Shown piece by piece: positions 19,359-28,786 of a stretch of DNA of 64,000 nt. Made by a program: the position numbers and the translations under genes. Under the pieces are notes generated by a model, which had not been told where the DNA came from, made no database searches, and saw only the letters and a list, made by a program, of their open reading frames with translations. Within the stretch, counting starts at the first letter, position 1. Every line of letters starts with the position of its first letter. The DNA comes from Abditibacterium sp. (GTDB taxonomy: Bacteria; Armatimonadota; Abditibacteriia; Abditibacteriales; Abditibacteriaceae), in NCBI GenBank assembly GCA_965199495.1, contig CBDASK010000003.1:64001-128000 (forward strand), given 5' to 3'.

Positions 19359-20531
19359 TCATCCCGCCAACAATCGATAATACAACGCCAACGCTTCGCG
19401 GCGCGCGTCGGGGTCGTCGCTCCAATTGCGGATTTGTTCGATGCCGCGCAAATCGGCCAAATGCTCGGTTTCCAATTTTTGCCCCAACTGCTCCAATACG
19501 CTCTCTTCCAAACGCTCCAATTTCAATTCGGCGAAATCTTCGATGGACGGACGCTCGTGCAATTGCTCGAACCCAATATCAACGCCCAATAAATTTTTGC
19601 GTTGTTTGGCCAGCCACGTTTGAATTACGCCGTATAAAACAGGCGAAACTTCGCCATTTAACCGCGCGCGCACGATGGTTTGCGCGGGATTGTCGTAATT
19701 GGCGACCTGAGCCGTCAGCGATTCCCAATCGTTTTTACTCGTGATTTCCAATGCGCCCAGATCGTGCAATTCGATGGCGCCCACGCGATGCGGCGTGACA
19801 ATCGGCATCGCGCCGGGATGCTCGATTTCCACTACGAACGCGTTTCCAGTCCGCGAATCGTCGCGCGCGCCGATTTCGGGCGCACCCGCATAATAAGACC
19901 GCGCGCGCGAGGCCGAGTTGTCGGGCGCCGTGGCTGCATGATGGCCGCCCAGCGCCAGATAATCTAAACCGGCGCGCATCGAACAATCGCCCGCAATGAC
20001 GCCCAGCGTGCGTGTTTCGCTGGGCGCATAATCGCGCAGATAACCGTGCGCCAATCCGATACGAAATCGCTCGCCCCGGTCAGCTTTAGGCAGCCACGCC
20101 GTCACGTCGGCGGTGCCGCGTTTGCGCATGACAGGACACGGAAACAGCACCACATTTTCGCCGATTTCGAGCGGTTCGGGCGTGACAAGCGGATGAATGT
20201 GATTTAAACCGGTCAGGCCGCTCCGCCAACTGGCGCTGAACCACACGCTGCCCTCGGCGCACGGGTCGGCGGCGCCGGGAATCAGGTAAACCGGGCACGG
20301 CGCATCACGCAGCAACTCAATTGTTTGTTCGCGCACAGCGTCGGGCGGCGTTTCGGTATCGAAAATGTCGCCCGCGACTATAATAAATTCGGCATGATTG
20401 TCGTTCGCCAACTGCCAGATGCGGCTCACGGCTTCAAAGCGCCACGCGCGCGAACGCGTGGTAGCGGCGCCTAATCCCCAGTAGGTTTGGCCCAGATGCC
20501 AATCGGCGGTGTGAATAAATTTCAACGGCAC
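19359..20531 (-). CDS. SbcD/Mre11-like (YhaO-type) metallophosphoesterase with an atypical motif III
   Basis: FIHTADWHLG, IVAGDIFD, IPGAAD (GNHD expected), LAHG, DYLALGGHH. GTG start with TAAACT 7 nt upstream. Confidence 0.85.
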   Translation of the reverse strand: MPLKFIHTADWHLGQTYWGLGAATTRSRAWRFEAVSRIWQLANDNHAEFIIVAGDIFDTETPPDAVREQTIELLRDAPCPVYLIPGAADPCAEGSVWFSASWRSGLTGLNHIHPLVTPEPLEIGENVVLFPCPVMRKRGTADVTAWLPKADRGERFRIGLAHGYLRDYAPSETRTLGVIAGDCSMRAGLDYLALGGHHAATAPDNSASRARSYYAGAPEIGARDDSRTGNAFVVEIEHPGAMPIVTPHRVGAIELHDLGALEITSKNDWESLTAQVANYDNPAQTIVRARLNGEVSPVLYGVIQTWLAKQRKNLLGVDIGFEQLHERPSIEDFAELKLERLEESVLEQLGQKLETEHLADLRGIEQIRNWSDDPDARREALALYYRLLAG

Positions 20532-20584
20532 AAAATCGAGTTTAACGCGGGCCAAGCGACAATTTCACTGATAGACTTGAAACC

Positions 20585-22483
20585 ATGAATCGCATCCAGC
20601 AATTGCCGCCCGAAGTCGCCAACAAAATCGCGGCGGGCGAGGTGATCGAGCGCCCAACTAACGCGGTCAAAGAGTTGGTCGAAAACTCTTTGGATTGTGG
20701 CGCGCGGCGCATCCAAATCGAAATCGAGGAAGGCGGCAAACGCTTAATCCGCGTGCGCGACGATGGGTCGGGCATGAGCGAATCGGATGTCGTGTTGGCG
20801 TTGCAGCGTCATGCGACCAGCAAAATCAGCGAGGCCGACGATTTGTGGCGCATCTCGACTTTGGGTTTTCGGGGCGAAGCGTTGCCCAGTTTAGCGGCGG
20901 TTTCGCGTTTGGAAATTACCACGCGCGAACACGACAGCGATGTCGGCACGCGTTTGATTGCCGAGGGCGGCGAAATCGTCGAAGTCGAAAACGTCGGCTG
21001 CGCGCCCGGAACCGAAATCATCGTGCGCGGCTTGTTTTATAACACGCCCGCGCGCTTCAAATTTCTCAAGTCCGATAGCGCCGAAGCCGCGCGCATTTCC
21101 GAAATGGTCGGTCATCTGGCGCTGGCTTATCCCGCCGTGGCTTTCACGCTGCACCATAACGGCAAAGAAAGTCTGCGCGTCGAGGCGGGCGGCGACGGGT
21201 TGAACGCCTTAGTTTCGGTTTTGGGGCGCGAAACCGCGCGCCAGATGTTGCCTATTTCGAGCGGAGAAGAATTCCCCAATATGCGCGTGACCGGCTTCAC
21301 GGCGCGCCCGCAATTGACGCGCGCCAATCGCAAAGGCCAACTTTTGTTCGTCAACGGGCGCCTGATTCAATCGCGCGCGTTGCAGCACGCCTTTGGCGCG
21401 GCCTACGAAGGTTTGATTCACGGGCGCGACCGTTTTCCCGTCGGCGTGGTTTTCCTGCAAGTCGCGCCCGGTGCGGTTGATGTCAACGTGCATCCAACGA
21501 AATCCGAAGTGCGATTCGCCCGCGAAGGCGAAGCGCATCACGCCTTGCGCGTGGCAGTGCGCGATACCTTAATCGGCGCGCAGTTGGCGCCGTCGTGGGG
21601 TTTGGACGGCGCCAACGACGGTCAAATCGGCGGGCCGTTTGGCGGCAAGCCGGTTGAATCGAGTGGAAGTCAACGCGCCAGTTGGACGCCGAATTATAGC
21701 GCGCCGCAGTATCAGGTGCCGGATTTCAGCGATACCGATAATTATTCTACGCCCGGCGCCTTAGCAGCCACGCCGCCTTCGTTCGATGCACCAGCCGACG
21801 AACGCGCGCGTTTTGAAGCGCATTTGCAGGCGATTCGCAATGGAGCCGCGCACGAACCGCATCTGTTTCAGCAAGAGCCGGAGCCGCCGAAACTGAAACT
21901 TCGTCCGCTCGCGCAAATCACCAACAACGCCTATATTCTGTGCGAGGGCGACGACGGTTTGTATATCGTCAACCAACATCGCGCGCACGAGACGATTTTG
22001 GCCGACCGCGCGATAAAAGCCGCGCAGGGCAAAGCCGTCGAATCGCAGCGTTTAGTGATTCCGTTCACGACCGAATGCGGCCCGCGCGCTTTGGCGGCGG
22101 TCGAAGAAAGCGCGCGTTTGGTGCGCGATTTGGGGTTTGAAGTCGAAGGGTTCGGCGGCAATTCGCTGCTCGTGCGCGCGGTTCCATATCTGGTCGCCAA
22201 AGGCGATTACGAGCGCGCGTTCGGCGATTTGCTGGACGAACTCATCGCCGGAACCGGCGGGCGCGATCTGGAAGAACGGCGCAACGCGTTGCTGACGATG
22301 CTTTCTTGCAAAAACGCGATTAAAGCGGGCGACCCATTGGCCCAAGGCGCGATGCAGGGTTTAATTGATGATTTGGTTGAACTGCCCAACCCGGCGATTT
22401 GCCCGCACGGACAACCGATTCTGATCAAGATTTCGACTTATGAACTGCACAAGAAATTCGAGCGCGAATATGCGATGCGATAG
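20585..22483 (+). CDS. mutL: DNA mismatch repair protein MutL
   Basis: NKIAAGEVIERP, KELVENSLD, DDGSGM, RHATSKI, LGFRGEALPS, DVNVHPTKSEV; C-terminal SCK and CPHGQP. Confidence 0.96.
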   Translation: MNRIQQLPPEVANKIAAGEVIERPTNAVKELVENSLDCGARRIQIEIEEGGKRLIRVRDDGSGMSESDVVLALQRHATSKISEADDLWRISTLGFRGEALPSLAAVSRLEITTREHDSDVGTRLIAEGGEIVEVENVGCAPGTEIIVRGLFYNTPARFKFLKSDSAEAARISEMVGHLALAYPAVAFTLHHNGKESLRVEAGGDGLNALVSVLGRETARQMLPISSGEEFPNMRVTGFTARPQLTRANRKGQLLFVNGRLIQSRALQHAFGAAYEGLIHGRDRFPVGVVFLQVAPGAVDVNVHPTKSEVRFAREGEAHHALRVAVRDTLIGAQLAPSWGLDGANDGQIGGPFGGKPVESSGSQRASWTPNYSAPQYQVPDFSDTDNYSTPGALAATPPSFDAPADERARFEAHLQAIRNGAAHEPHLFQQEPEPPKLKLRPLAQITNNAYILCEGDDGLYIVNQHRAHETILADRAIKAAQGKAVESQRLVIPFTTECGPRALAAVEESARLVRDLGFEVEGFGGNSLLVRAVPYLVAKGDYERAFGDLLDELIAGTGGRDLEERRNALLTMLSCKNAIKAGDPLAQGAMQGLIDDLVELPNPAICPHGQPILIKISTYELHKKFEREYAMR

Positions 22484-22755
22484 GCAACAGAATTTCTCGT
22501 TATTTTGCGGGCTAAAGCTCCCAGTCGGGTGGAACAAGCCACTCGCCAGCAATCCTCATCCGATAATCGTTCCCAAAACTCTCTTTTACAGGCAATGGCG
22601 GCGAGAGTTTCCCGTTCAAAACATCGAATTATTGTTGATTGCCGCTCATTACTTAATCGCTTTTGGAGTGCGTTTGCCCTCGGACATGGCTTATGGACGA
22701 GATAGTCTCTTGTTCTGCTGCTTGTTGTCTGAGCATACACGCTAAAATTGACAGC

Positions 22756-23250
22756 TTAGAATGTTACAATCCAGCTTGAGCGAGGAAGTGTCTGTTTAGA
22801 ACGCAAATGCAAGTCGCTGGGCAGAAAGGGACTTGGGCTGAAGTACAAAACCCCACCACTTCTCTTCATCTTTATAGTTGTGTGCCCGTCGCGCGACTGC
22901 AACAGCGCGTTGCTGGCAGTTTTTATATTCAGAGAGTGAAGGTTGGGAATAGCATAAGACAAACCAACCGTCTCCTTGCTACTGCTGTCCCGGCACATAT
23001 ACAGGGTTTGTTTCTGCCCCGTTCTATCTGCTATGACTTCGCTACGGATTACAGCCCAACTTGCACCACCTGCTTTCGACCATTTCTTCAACTTATAGAT
23101 TCCATCTTCACGTTTTATAAGGGTAGTACTCGCGTGATGTTGCCCCTCAGCTATATTAATCCGTATGGTGTCGCTGTTCTGGGGAGACGCTGCTATGCTC
23201 AGCGCGCACATAAAGAAATAGGAAATGATGTCCCAACCAAACTCATTCAT
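22756..23250 (-). CDS. Hypothetical protein in a lower-GC segment
   Basis: 164-aa ORF with a possible signal peptide; atypical composition; no recognisable motifs. Confidence 0.4.
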   Translation of the reverse strand: MNEFGWDIISYFFMCALSIAASPQNSDTIRINIAEGQHHASTTLIKREDGIYKLKKWSKAGGASWAVIRSEVIADRTGQKQTLYMCRDSSSKETVGLSYAIPNLHSLNIKTASNALLQSRDGHTTIKMKRSGGVLYFSPSPFLPSDLHLRSKQTLPRSSWIVTF

Positions 23251-23439
23251 TGCATTGACCTCACTCCATACAGTTTATAATTTCTACAACGCCGCGCGCA
23301 AGCAGCAGAACAATGTTATTAAGCTGACGCTCGGTCAGTCTAATAACAGCCATTACGTTTAGAATAGCACATAAAACCGCTCTTTGCAACCGATTTTCTT
23401 GCGTCGGCATAACACGCCTAAATTGAGTAAAATACCGCT

Positions 23440-23625
23440 ATGGATTCCAATTCAGCCAACCGCTCACAACGCGGCGATGGCGCATCTTTGAGCGAATTTT
23501 TGCGACAGGTAAGCGAGAGTTATTTGCAACGCGTCAATCTGACCGATGGAAAAGCAGTAGACGTTGTGGCGCGCTTCAACACCGACCGGCTGCAAGGCTT
23601 CGACTGGCACGAAACACAACAATAA
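23440..23625 (+). CDS. Small hypothetical protein (61 aa)
   Basis: ATG preceded by TAAAAT at 6 nt; fills an intergenic gap. Confidence 0.45.
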   Translation: MDSNSANRSQRGDGASLSEFLRQVSESYLQRVNLTDGKAVDVVARFNTDRLQGFDWHETQQ

Positions 23626-23677
23626 ACGTTTCGGGCCGCAAAGCTGCGCTAAAATAGAATCACAAGGAGCAAAACCA

Positions 23678-24268
23678 ATGATAGCCGAACCTCAATCAAT
23701 TCCCAGAGCGTGGACGTATGACGAAGTGCGCGACATCAATGACGATGTGCGGCGCGAACTGCACGATGGCGAAATCTACGTTATGCCTTCCCCCAACCTC
23801 AAACATCAAAGCATTATTCTGTATTTGGCCGTTTTGCTGACGCAATGGGCGCGCGCTCACGGCGGAAAGGTTTATCTCTCGCCCGTTGATCTTTACGTTT
23901 CGCCGACCGAATATTACATTCCCGATCTGGTATTTTACTCCGCCGCGCAAATGCGTAACGGCGAAGTCGAACGCGATCCCAATCGCTTGAAAATCGCGCC
24001 CGCGATTGTCGTTGAGGTTCTCTCGCGCTCGACCGCGCGCAACGACCGCACGCTGAAAACGCGCGCTTACGCCAATTTCGGCATCGAGCATTACTGGATC
24101 ATTGATCCGGTCGCGCAAACTCTGGAAGCGTTCGAGTTAATTCAAGGCCGCTATTCGTTGGCGGGCGCGATGGGCGCGGATGAATCTTATGCGCCGCCCG
24201 CTTTTGCTGGCCTCGAAATAGTAGGGGCAGAGCTTTTCCCCGATGATTCGGTTTCATCGCAAGATTAA
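23678..24268 (+). CDS. Uma2-family (DUF820) PD-(D/E)xK endonuclease-like protein
   Basis: RELHDGEIYVMPSP..HQ, IPDLVF, VVEVLSRST..D..LK..YA..GIEHYWIIDP; RBS AAGGAG. Confidence 0.9.
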   Translation: MIAEPQSIPRAWTYDEVRDINDDVRRELHDGEIYVMPSPNLKHQSIILYLAVLLTQWARAHGGKVYLSPVDLYVSPTEYYIPDLVFYSAAQMRNGEVERDPNRLKIAPAIVVEVLSRSTARNDRTLKTRAYANFGIEHYWIIDPVAQTLEAFELIQGRYSLAGAMGADESYAPPAFAGLEIVGAELFPDDSVSSQD

Positions 24269-24270
24269 TT

Positions 24271-24840
24271 ATGTCCCAACTTCCCACTCAACAAACGCTT
24301 CACCCCGAACCCGGCCATAAATCGGCTTCGACCGAAGAACATCGCGCCCAAGCGCCCGCCGTGGCTGCTTGCTTCGTGCTGACGGTTTCCGATACGCGCA
24401 CGCTACAAACCGACAAAGGCGGCGCTTTGATCGAAGAATTATTGACTCAAGCGGGCCACATCGTCACCGAACGGCAAATCGTGCGCGATGAAATTTCGGT
24501 CATCGAGCGCGCCGTGCGCGACGCGATGAACGGGGTGAGCGAACCCGATGCGATTATTGTAACGGGCGGATCGGGCATTTCCAGCCGCGATGTTTCGCCC
24601 GAAGCGTTGCGGCCACTGCTCACCAAAGAAATGCCCGGATTTGGCGAAGTTTTCCGCCTGCTTTCATGGGAAGAAGTCGGCCCGGCGACGATGCTTTCGC
24701 GCGCCTTTGCTGGCGTCATCGGCGGCACATTATTGTTCGTTTTACCCGGCTCAACTAACGCGGTGCGCTTGGCGATGGAAAAGTTGATCGTGCCCGAACT
24801 GGGGCATTTGGTGCGCGAGGCGAAAGGGCAAGAAAAATAA
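24271..24840 (+). CDS. MoaB/MogA-family molybdenum cofactor biosynthesis protein
   Basis: VLTVSDTRT..DKGG, IVRDE, TGGSGISSRDVSPEA, PGFGEVFR, LSRA, LPGSTNAV. Confidence 0.9.
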   Translation: MSQLPTQQTLHPEPGHKSASTEEHRAQAPAVAACFVLTVSDTRTLQTDKGGALIEELLTQAGHIVTERQIVRDEISVIERAVRDAMNGVSEPDAIIVTGGSGISSRDVSPEALRPLLTKEMPGFGEVFRLLSWEEVGPATMLSRAFAGVIGGTLLFVLPGSTNAVRLAMEKLIVPELGHLVREAKGQEK

Positions 24841-24939
24841 TATCTTTTCGATTGACACAATAATTGCGAATTGAGTTATAATAAGAATTGCTCCGCGTTT
24901 AGTTATTGATTACAGCGGGCTTTTACTTTCTTCAACTCT

Positions 24940-27900
24940 ATGTTTTCTCTGCGATTTCTGGCGCCCGCCGCGTTTGCGGCTTTAGCGCTGTGTGGCACAA
25001 CGGCTCGTGCGGCGACTTTTAACCTCACCATTAACGGCCAATCTCCTCAGGCTTTGATTGACGTCATCAATACGGCCAACTCCAACGGTGAGGCCGATAC
25101 CATCAACCTGTCGGGCTATGTGAATTTCACTCAGGCCGATAACACGACTTATGGGGCGACCGGTTTTCCGGTCATCAAAAACGATGGCGGACTTACCATC
25201 AACGCCACGCCTTCGACGTTTATTGGTCGCATCGCCAACTCCAACAATCCCAAGGTTCGTATTTTCGCGATTGGGCCGGGCGCCAAAGTCGTTATCAACG
25301 GTTTGCGTTTTGCCAACGGTAGCGCCGGAGCGGGGAGCGGCGAGTCGGGCGACGTGGCTGCTAATCGGGGCGGCGGCATTTACAATGGCAACGGCGGCGA
25401 TTTGACGCTCAATGGTTGCGACTTCGATTACAACACGGCAGTCGCTGGCGCCGCCGTATTTAATGGAGCGGGTGCCTCGTTAAAAGTCACGGGCGGTGAA
25501 ATCAGACAAAACACTGCCGATGCCGACGGCGGCGCCATCTTCAACGAAGCGGGCACGGTTTCGGTCGAGGGCGCTCAATTCAATGGCAACAGTGCCAACG
25601 GCGTTGACGCTGTCATCGGTGGCAACGGCGGTGTGTTGTGCAATCGCAGCAACGCCGCCAATGGCACCTCGCTTGGAGCGGGCATTTTGACGGTGCGTGC
25701 TTGCAACTTTGGCGTGGTCAACGGCAACGTGGCGCGACGCGGAGCCGCCATCGCGACGGAAACCGGCAGTCAGACCAACGTTCAAAGCAGCTATTTTAAT
25801 ACGAATAGCGCGCGCTTCGGCGGCGCTATTTTCACGCAATCGGCCCTGACCATCGCCAACAGCACTTTCGACGCCAGCAATGCCAGCGTCGAAGGCGGCG
25901 GAATTTATAGCGAAACCGCCGCCGCCAGAGCGCAAATCAGCAACAGCACTTTCGCCAATAACCGGGCGGACGGGTTGGGCGGCGCCGTGCGCATCGCGGG
26001 CGGCGAGGTGGCCTTTGAAAGCTGCACCGTCAACCGCAATAGCTCGTTCAACAACACGACTGGCGGACTCTCTACCGCAGCGGGCACCATCGCCAGCGTG
26101 CGCAACACGATTATCGCGGGCAATTCTGGCGGCGATGTCGCTACCTCTGCGACATCGGGAGAGACTATCGAGAGCGGTGGCTATAACCTGATCGGAATCG
26201 GCAATGCCATATCGGGCTTCGGCGGGCCGAGCGATCAGACGGGCGTGACCGATCCAAAAGTTAATACTTTGCGCCGCAACGAAGGAGCCACGCCGACCAG
26301 CGCTTTGCAATTCGGCAGCCCGGCGATTGACCAAGGCAAAAGCGCATTGAGCACTGACCAGTTGGGCGTGCAGCGTCCCAACGACATCGCTTCGATTCCC
26401 AACGCACCGGGCGGCGATGGCAGCGACATCGGCGCCGTCGAATTCGATCAGGCGCAGAACACGGGAGCGCACAGCATCCTGCTCGTCAACACCACGACCG
26501 ATATTGACGATGGCGTGTGCGGCCTGAAAAACTGCACGTTACGCGAGGCCATCGCAACCGCCAACGCCAACCCAAACGTAATCGCCATCGTGTTCGGCGC
26601 GAAGGTCTTTGGCGATTCGCGCCAGACCATCACGCTCAATGGCACCAGTTTGACGCCCATTTCCAGCGGCATCGGCCTGATGATCGTGGCGCCCGAAGTC
26701 GGCGTGGTTATTGACGGAGCGGGCACAAGCGGCATTTTTGTGATCGCGCAGGGCGGGCGCGCGACATTGCGCAATCTGACCATTCGCAACGGCAACGACC
26801 GGACGGGGGCGGGCATCAACAACAAGGGCACACTCAACGTCGTCAACTGCACCTTGAGCGATAACATCGTGCTGTTTGATGGCGGCGCCATCTACAACGA
26901 CTACGGCACGCTCGATGTGTTCCAATCCACCCTGACGGACAACAGCGCCAGAGACGGCAGCGCGGTCTATAACTTTCGCGGCACGGCCACCATTCGCAAT
27001 TGCACGATGGTTTCCGACCGCACGCTCTACTCCACGCAGAACTTCCCTTCCAACTCCAATCAGGCGGTGATGACGGTTTCCAACTCCATCGTCGCGGGCG
27101 ACGAGGCGGTTACTTCCATCAGTCCGGGATCGAGCGGCGCGACCAGCAGTTTTCAGTCGGGCGGCTACAATATCGTGAGCGGCGGCGCGTCCATCAACTC
27201 CTTCAAAAAGCCCGGCGATCAAATCAACATCGCGGCGCCCGATATTCTTCTGGGGGCATTGGCCGAAAACGGTGGCCCGACGCCGACCGTCAAGTTATTG
27301 GCGGGCAGTCCGGCCATTAATCACGGCGATCCGGCATTCACTGGCGATTTCGACCAACGCGGCACGGGCTACCAACGCATCATCGCCGGACGACTCGACG
27401 TTGGCGCTCTCGAAGCGCAGACCGCTCTTCCCAGCGTGACGGTGACGCTGTCGCCCGCCGCACCCAAAACCAATGACACTTTAACTGCGACGGCAGTCGG
27501 CAATTCGCCCACTAATGGCTCGCTGACCTACAGCTACCAATGGTTTCGCAACGGCACGCCAATACCGAACGAAACCGAATCAACGCTGCAACTTTCCAAG
27601 CCGGGCAACGGCGACAAAGGCGACGTGATTGCGGTGACGGTGCGCGCTTCGGACAGCCAAGGCACATCTGATCCCGCCAGCGCGCAGGTGACGGTCGTCA
27701 ACAGCGCGCCGGTCGCCATCAGCAGTCAGGGCACGGTGCCCGCCGATACCGAAAAAGCCTTCGTGTTGCGCGCCTTCGATGCCGACGGCGACGCGCTGAC
27801 GTTTCAACGCGTGGGCGGCCCGAAAAACGGCGTAATCGCCGATATTCGCGTTGATCCCGCCGACGGCCAGCTCAAACTGTTCTACAAAAGTCGTCCTTTT

Positions 27901-28644
27901 TATGGCGGCGTAGACGTAATTCGCTTTGTGGCGCGCGATAACGACGGCAAACTTTCCAACGAATCCACGCTGGGTATTACCGTCCAATACACGCCGCCGC
28001 CTCCGGTCAACCGCGCGCCGGTGGCTGGTGACACCAACATTGATACCTACGTCGGCGATGCGGTCGTCAAAGGTCTGCTCGGTTCCGACCCCGATGGCGA
28101 CGCGATCACGTTTCGCATCGTCAACAACGCCAAGTATGGCAGCAGCGAAATCAAGCGCGACACCGACGGGCAGTTCAAGCTGTTCTACACCAGTTTGAAT
28201 CGTTTCTACGGCAACGACCGCGTGACTTATATCGCCATTGACAGTCGCGGCAAAGAATCGAACCTCGCGACGATCAACATCCACTTTATCAACCGCGCGC
28301 CCTCGGCCCAGAACAATAATCTCAGCGTGGCTTCGGGCGAGTTGGTTTCGCAGTATCTGTTTGGCACCGACGCCGATAACGATGCGTTGACTTTCCGGTT
28401 GGTCAACAATCCGCAATACGGCACCGGCGCGATTAAGCGCGATGAGCAGGGCAACTGGCGCGTGTATTATCAATCGGTGCCGGGCTATGTCGGCGCCGAC
28501 CGCATCACGTTTATCGCGATTGATCCATTCGGCAAAGAATCGCAGGTGGCGACCGCCAATATTAACGTCGTGCGCGTCGGGCCAGCGCCTTCGGCACCGG
28601 GCGCAATTCACGTTGCGCCAGCGCCGTCGAGCGGCAAGTCGTAA
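24940..28644 (+). CDS. Large secreted beta-helix (GGAI-repeat) surface protein with CSLREA-like and choice-of-anchor-Q motifs and C-terminal Ig/cadherin-like repeats
   Basis: Signal peptide; GGAI repeats; CTLREAI; LAENGGPTPT..LLAGSPAI..DQRG..DVGA; NRAPVA..DPDGD modules. Confidence 0.82.
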   Translation: MFSLRFLAPAAFAALALCGTTARAATFNLTINGQSPQALIDVINTANSNGEADTINLSGYVNFTQADNTTYGATGFPVIKNDGGLTINATPSTFIGRIANSNNPKVRIFAIGPGAKVVINGLRFANGSAGAGSGESGDVAANRGGGIYNGNGGDLTLNGCDFDYNTAVAGAAVFNGAGASLKVTGGEIRQNTADADGGAIFNEAGTVSVEGAQFNGNSANGVDAVIGGNGGVLCNRSNAANGTSLGAGILTVRACNFGVVNGNVARRGAAIATETGSQTNVQSSYFNTNSARFGGAIFTQSALTIANSTFDASNASVEGGGIYSETAAARAQISNSTFANNRADGLGGAVRIAGGEVAFESCTVNRNSSFNNTTGGLSTAAGTIASVRNTIIAGNSGGDVATSATSGETIESGGYNLIGIGNAISGFGGPSDQTGVTDPKVNTLRRNEGATPTSALQFGSPAIDQGKSALSTDQLGVQRPNDIASIPNAPGGDGSDIGAVEFDQAQNTGAHSILLVNTTTDIDDGVCGLKNCTLREAIATANANPNVIAIVFGAKVFGDSRQTITLNGTSLTPISSGIGLMIVAPEVGVVIDGAGTSGIFVIAQGGRATLRNLTIRNGNDRTGAGINNKGTLNVVNCTLSDNIVLFDGGAIYNDYGTLDVFQSTLTDNSARDGSAVYNFRGTATIRNCTMVSDRTLYSTQNFPSNSNQAVMTVSNSIVAGDEAVTSISPGSSGATSSFQSGGYNIVSGGASINSFKKPGDQINIAAPDILLGALAENGGPTPTVKLLAGSPAINHGDPAFTGDFDQRGTGYQRIIAGRLDVGALEAQTALPSVTVTLSPAAPKTNDTLTATAVGNSPTNGSLTYSYQWFRNGTPIPNETESTLQLSKPGNGDKGDVIAVTVRASDSQGTSDPASAQVTVVNSAPVAISSQGTVPADTEKAFVLRAFDADGDALTFQRVGGPKNGVIADIRVDPADGQLKLFYKSRPFYGGVDVIRFVARDNDGKLSNESTLGITVQYTPPPPVNRAPVAGDTNIDTYVGDAVVKGLLGSDPDGDAITFRIVNNAKYGSSEIKRDTDGQFKLFYTSLNRFYGNDRVTYIAIDSRGKESNLATINIHFINRAPSAQNNNLSVASGELVSQYLFGTDADNDALTFRLVNNPQYGTGAIKRDEQGNWRVYYQSVPGYVGADRITFIAIDPFGKESQVATANINVVRVGPAPSAPGAIHVAPAPSSGKS
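28003..28583 (+). repeat. 581-bp near-identical direct repeat, copy 1
   Basis: Collinear without indels with 31691-32271; scattered, mostly synonymous substitutions. Confidence 0.92.
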
Positions 28645-28658
28645 AAATTCGGAGTAAC

Positions 28659-28698
28659 AAAAAAGGGCGGCGACTTTTTCCAGTCGCCGCCCTTTTTT
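28659..28698 (+). terminator. Rho-independent terminator
   Basis: aaaaaagggcggcgact/agtcgccgccctttttt. Confidence 0.85.
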
Positions 28699-28786
28699 AG
28701 TTATCTGGCGAAAGTGGTGTTGGCAAGGCGCGGTTTGTTTTATAATGGAATTCGCTGCTTTTTTGTGGCGTTTTTATTTAACAAAT

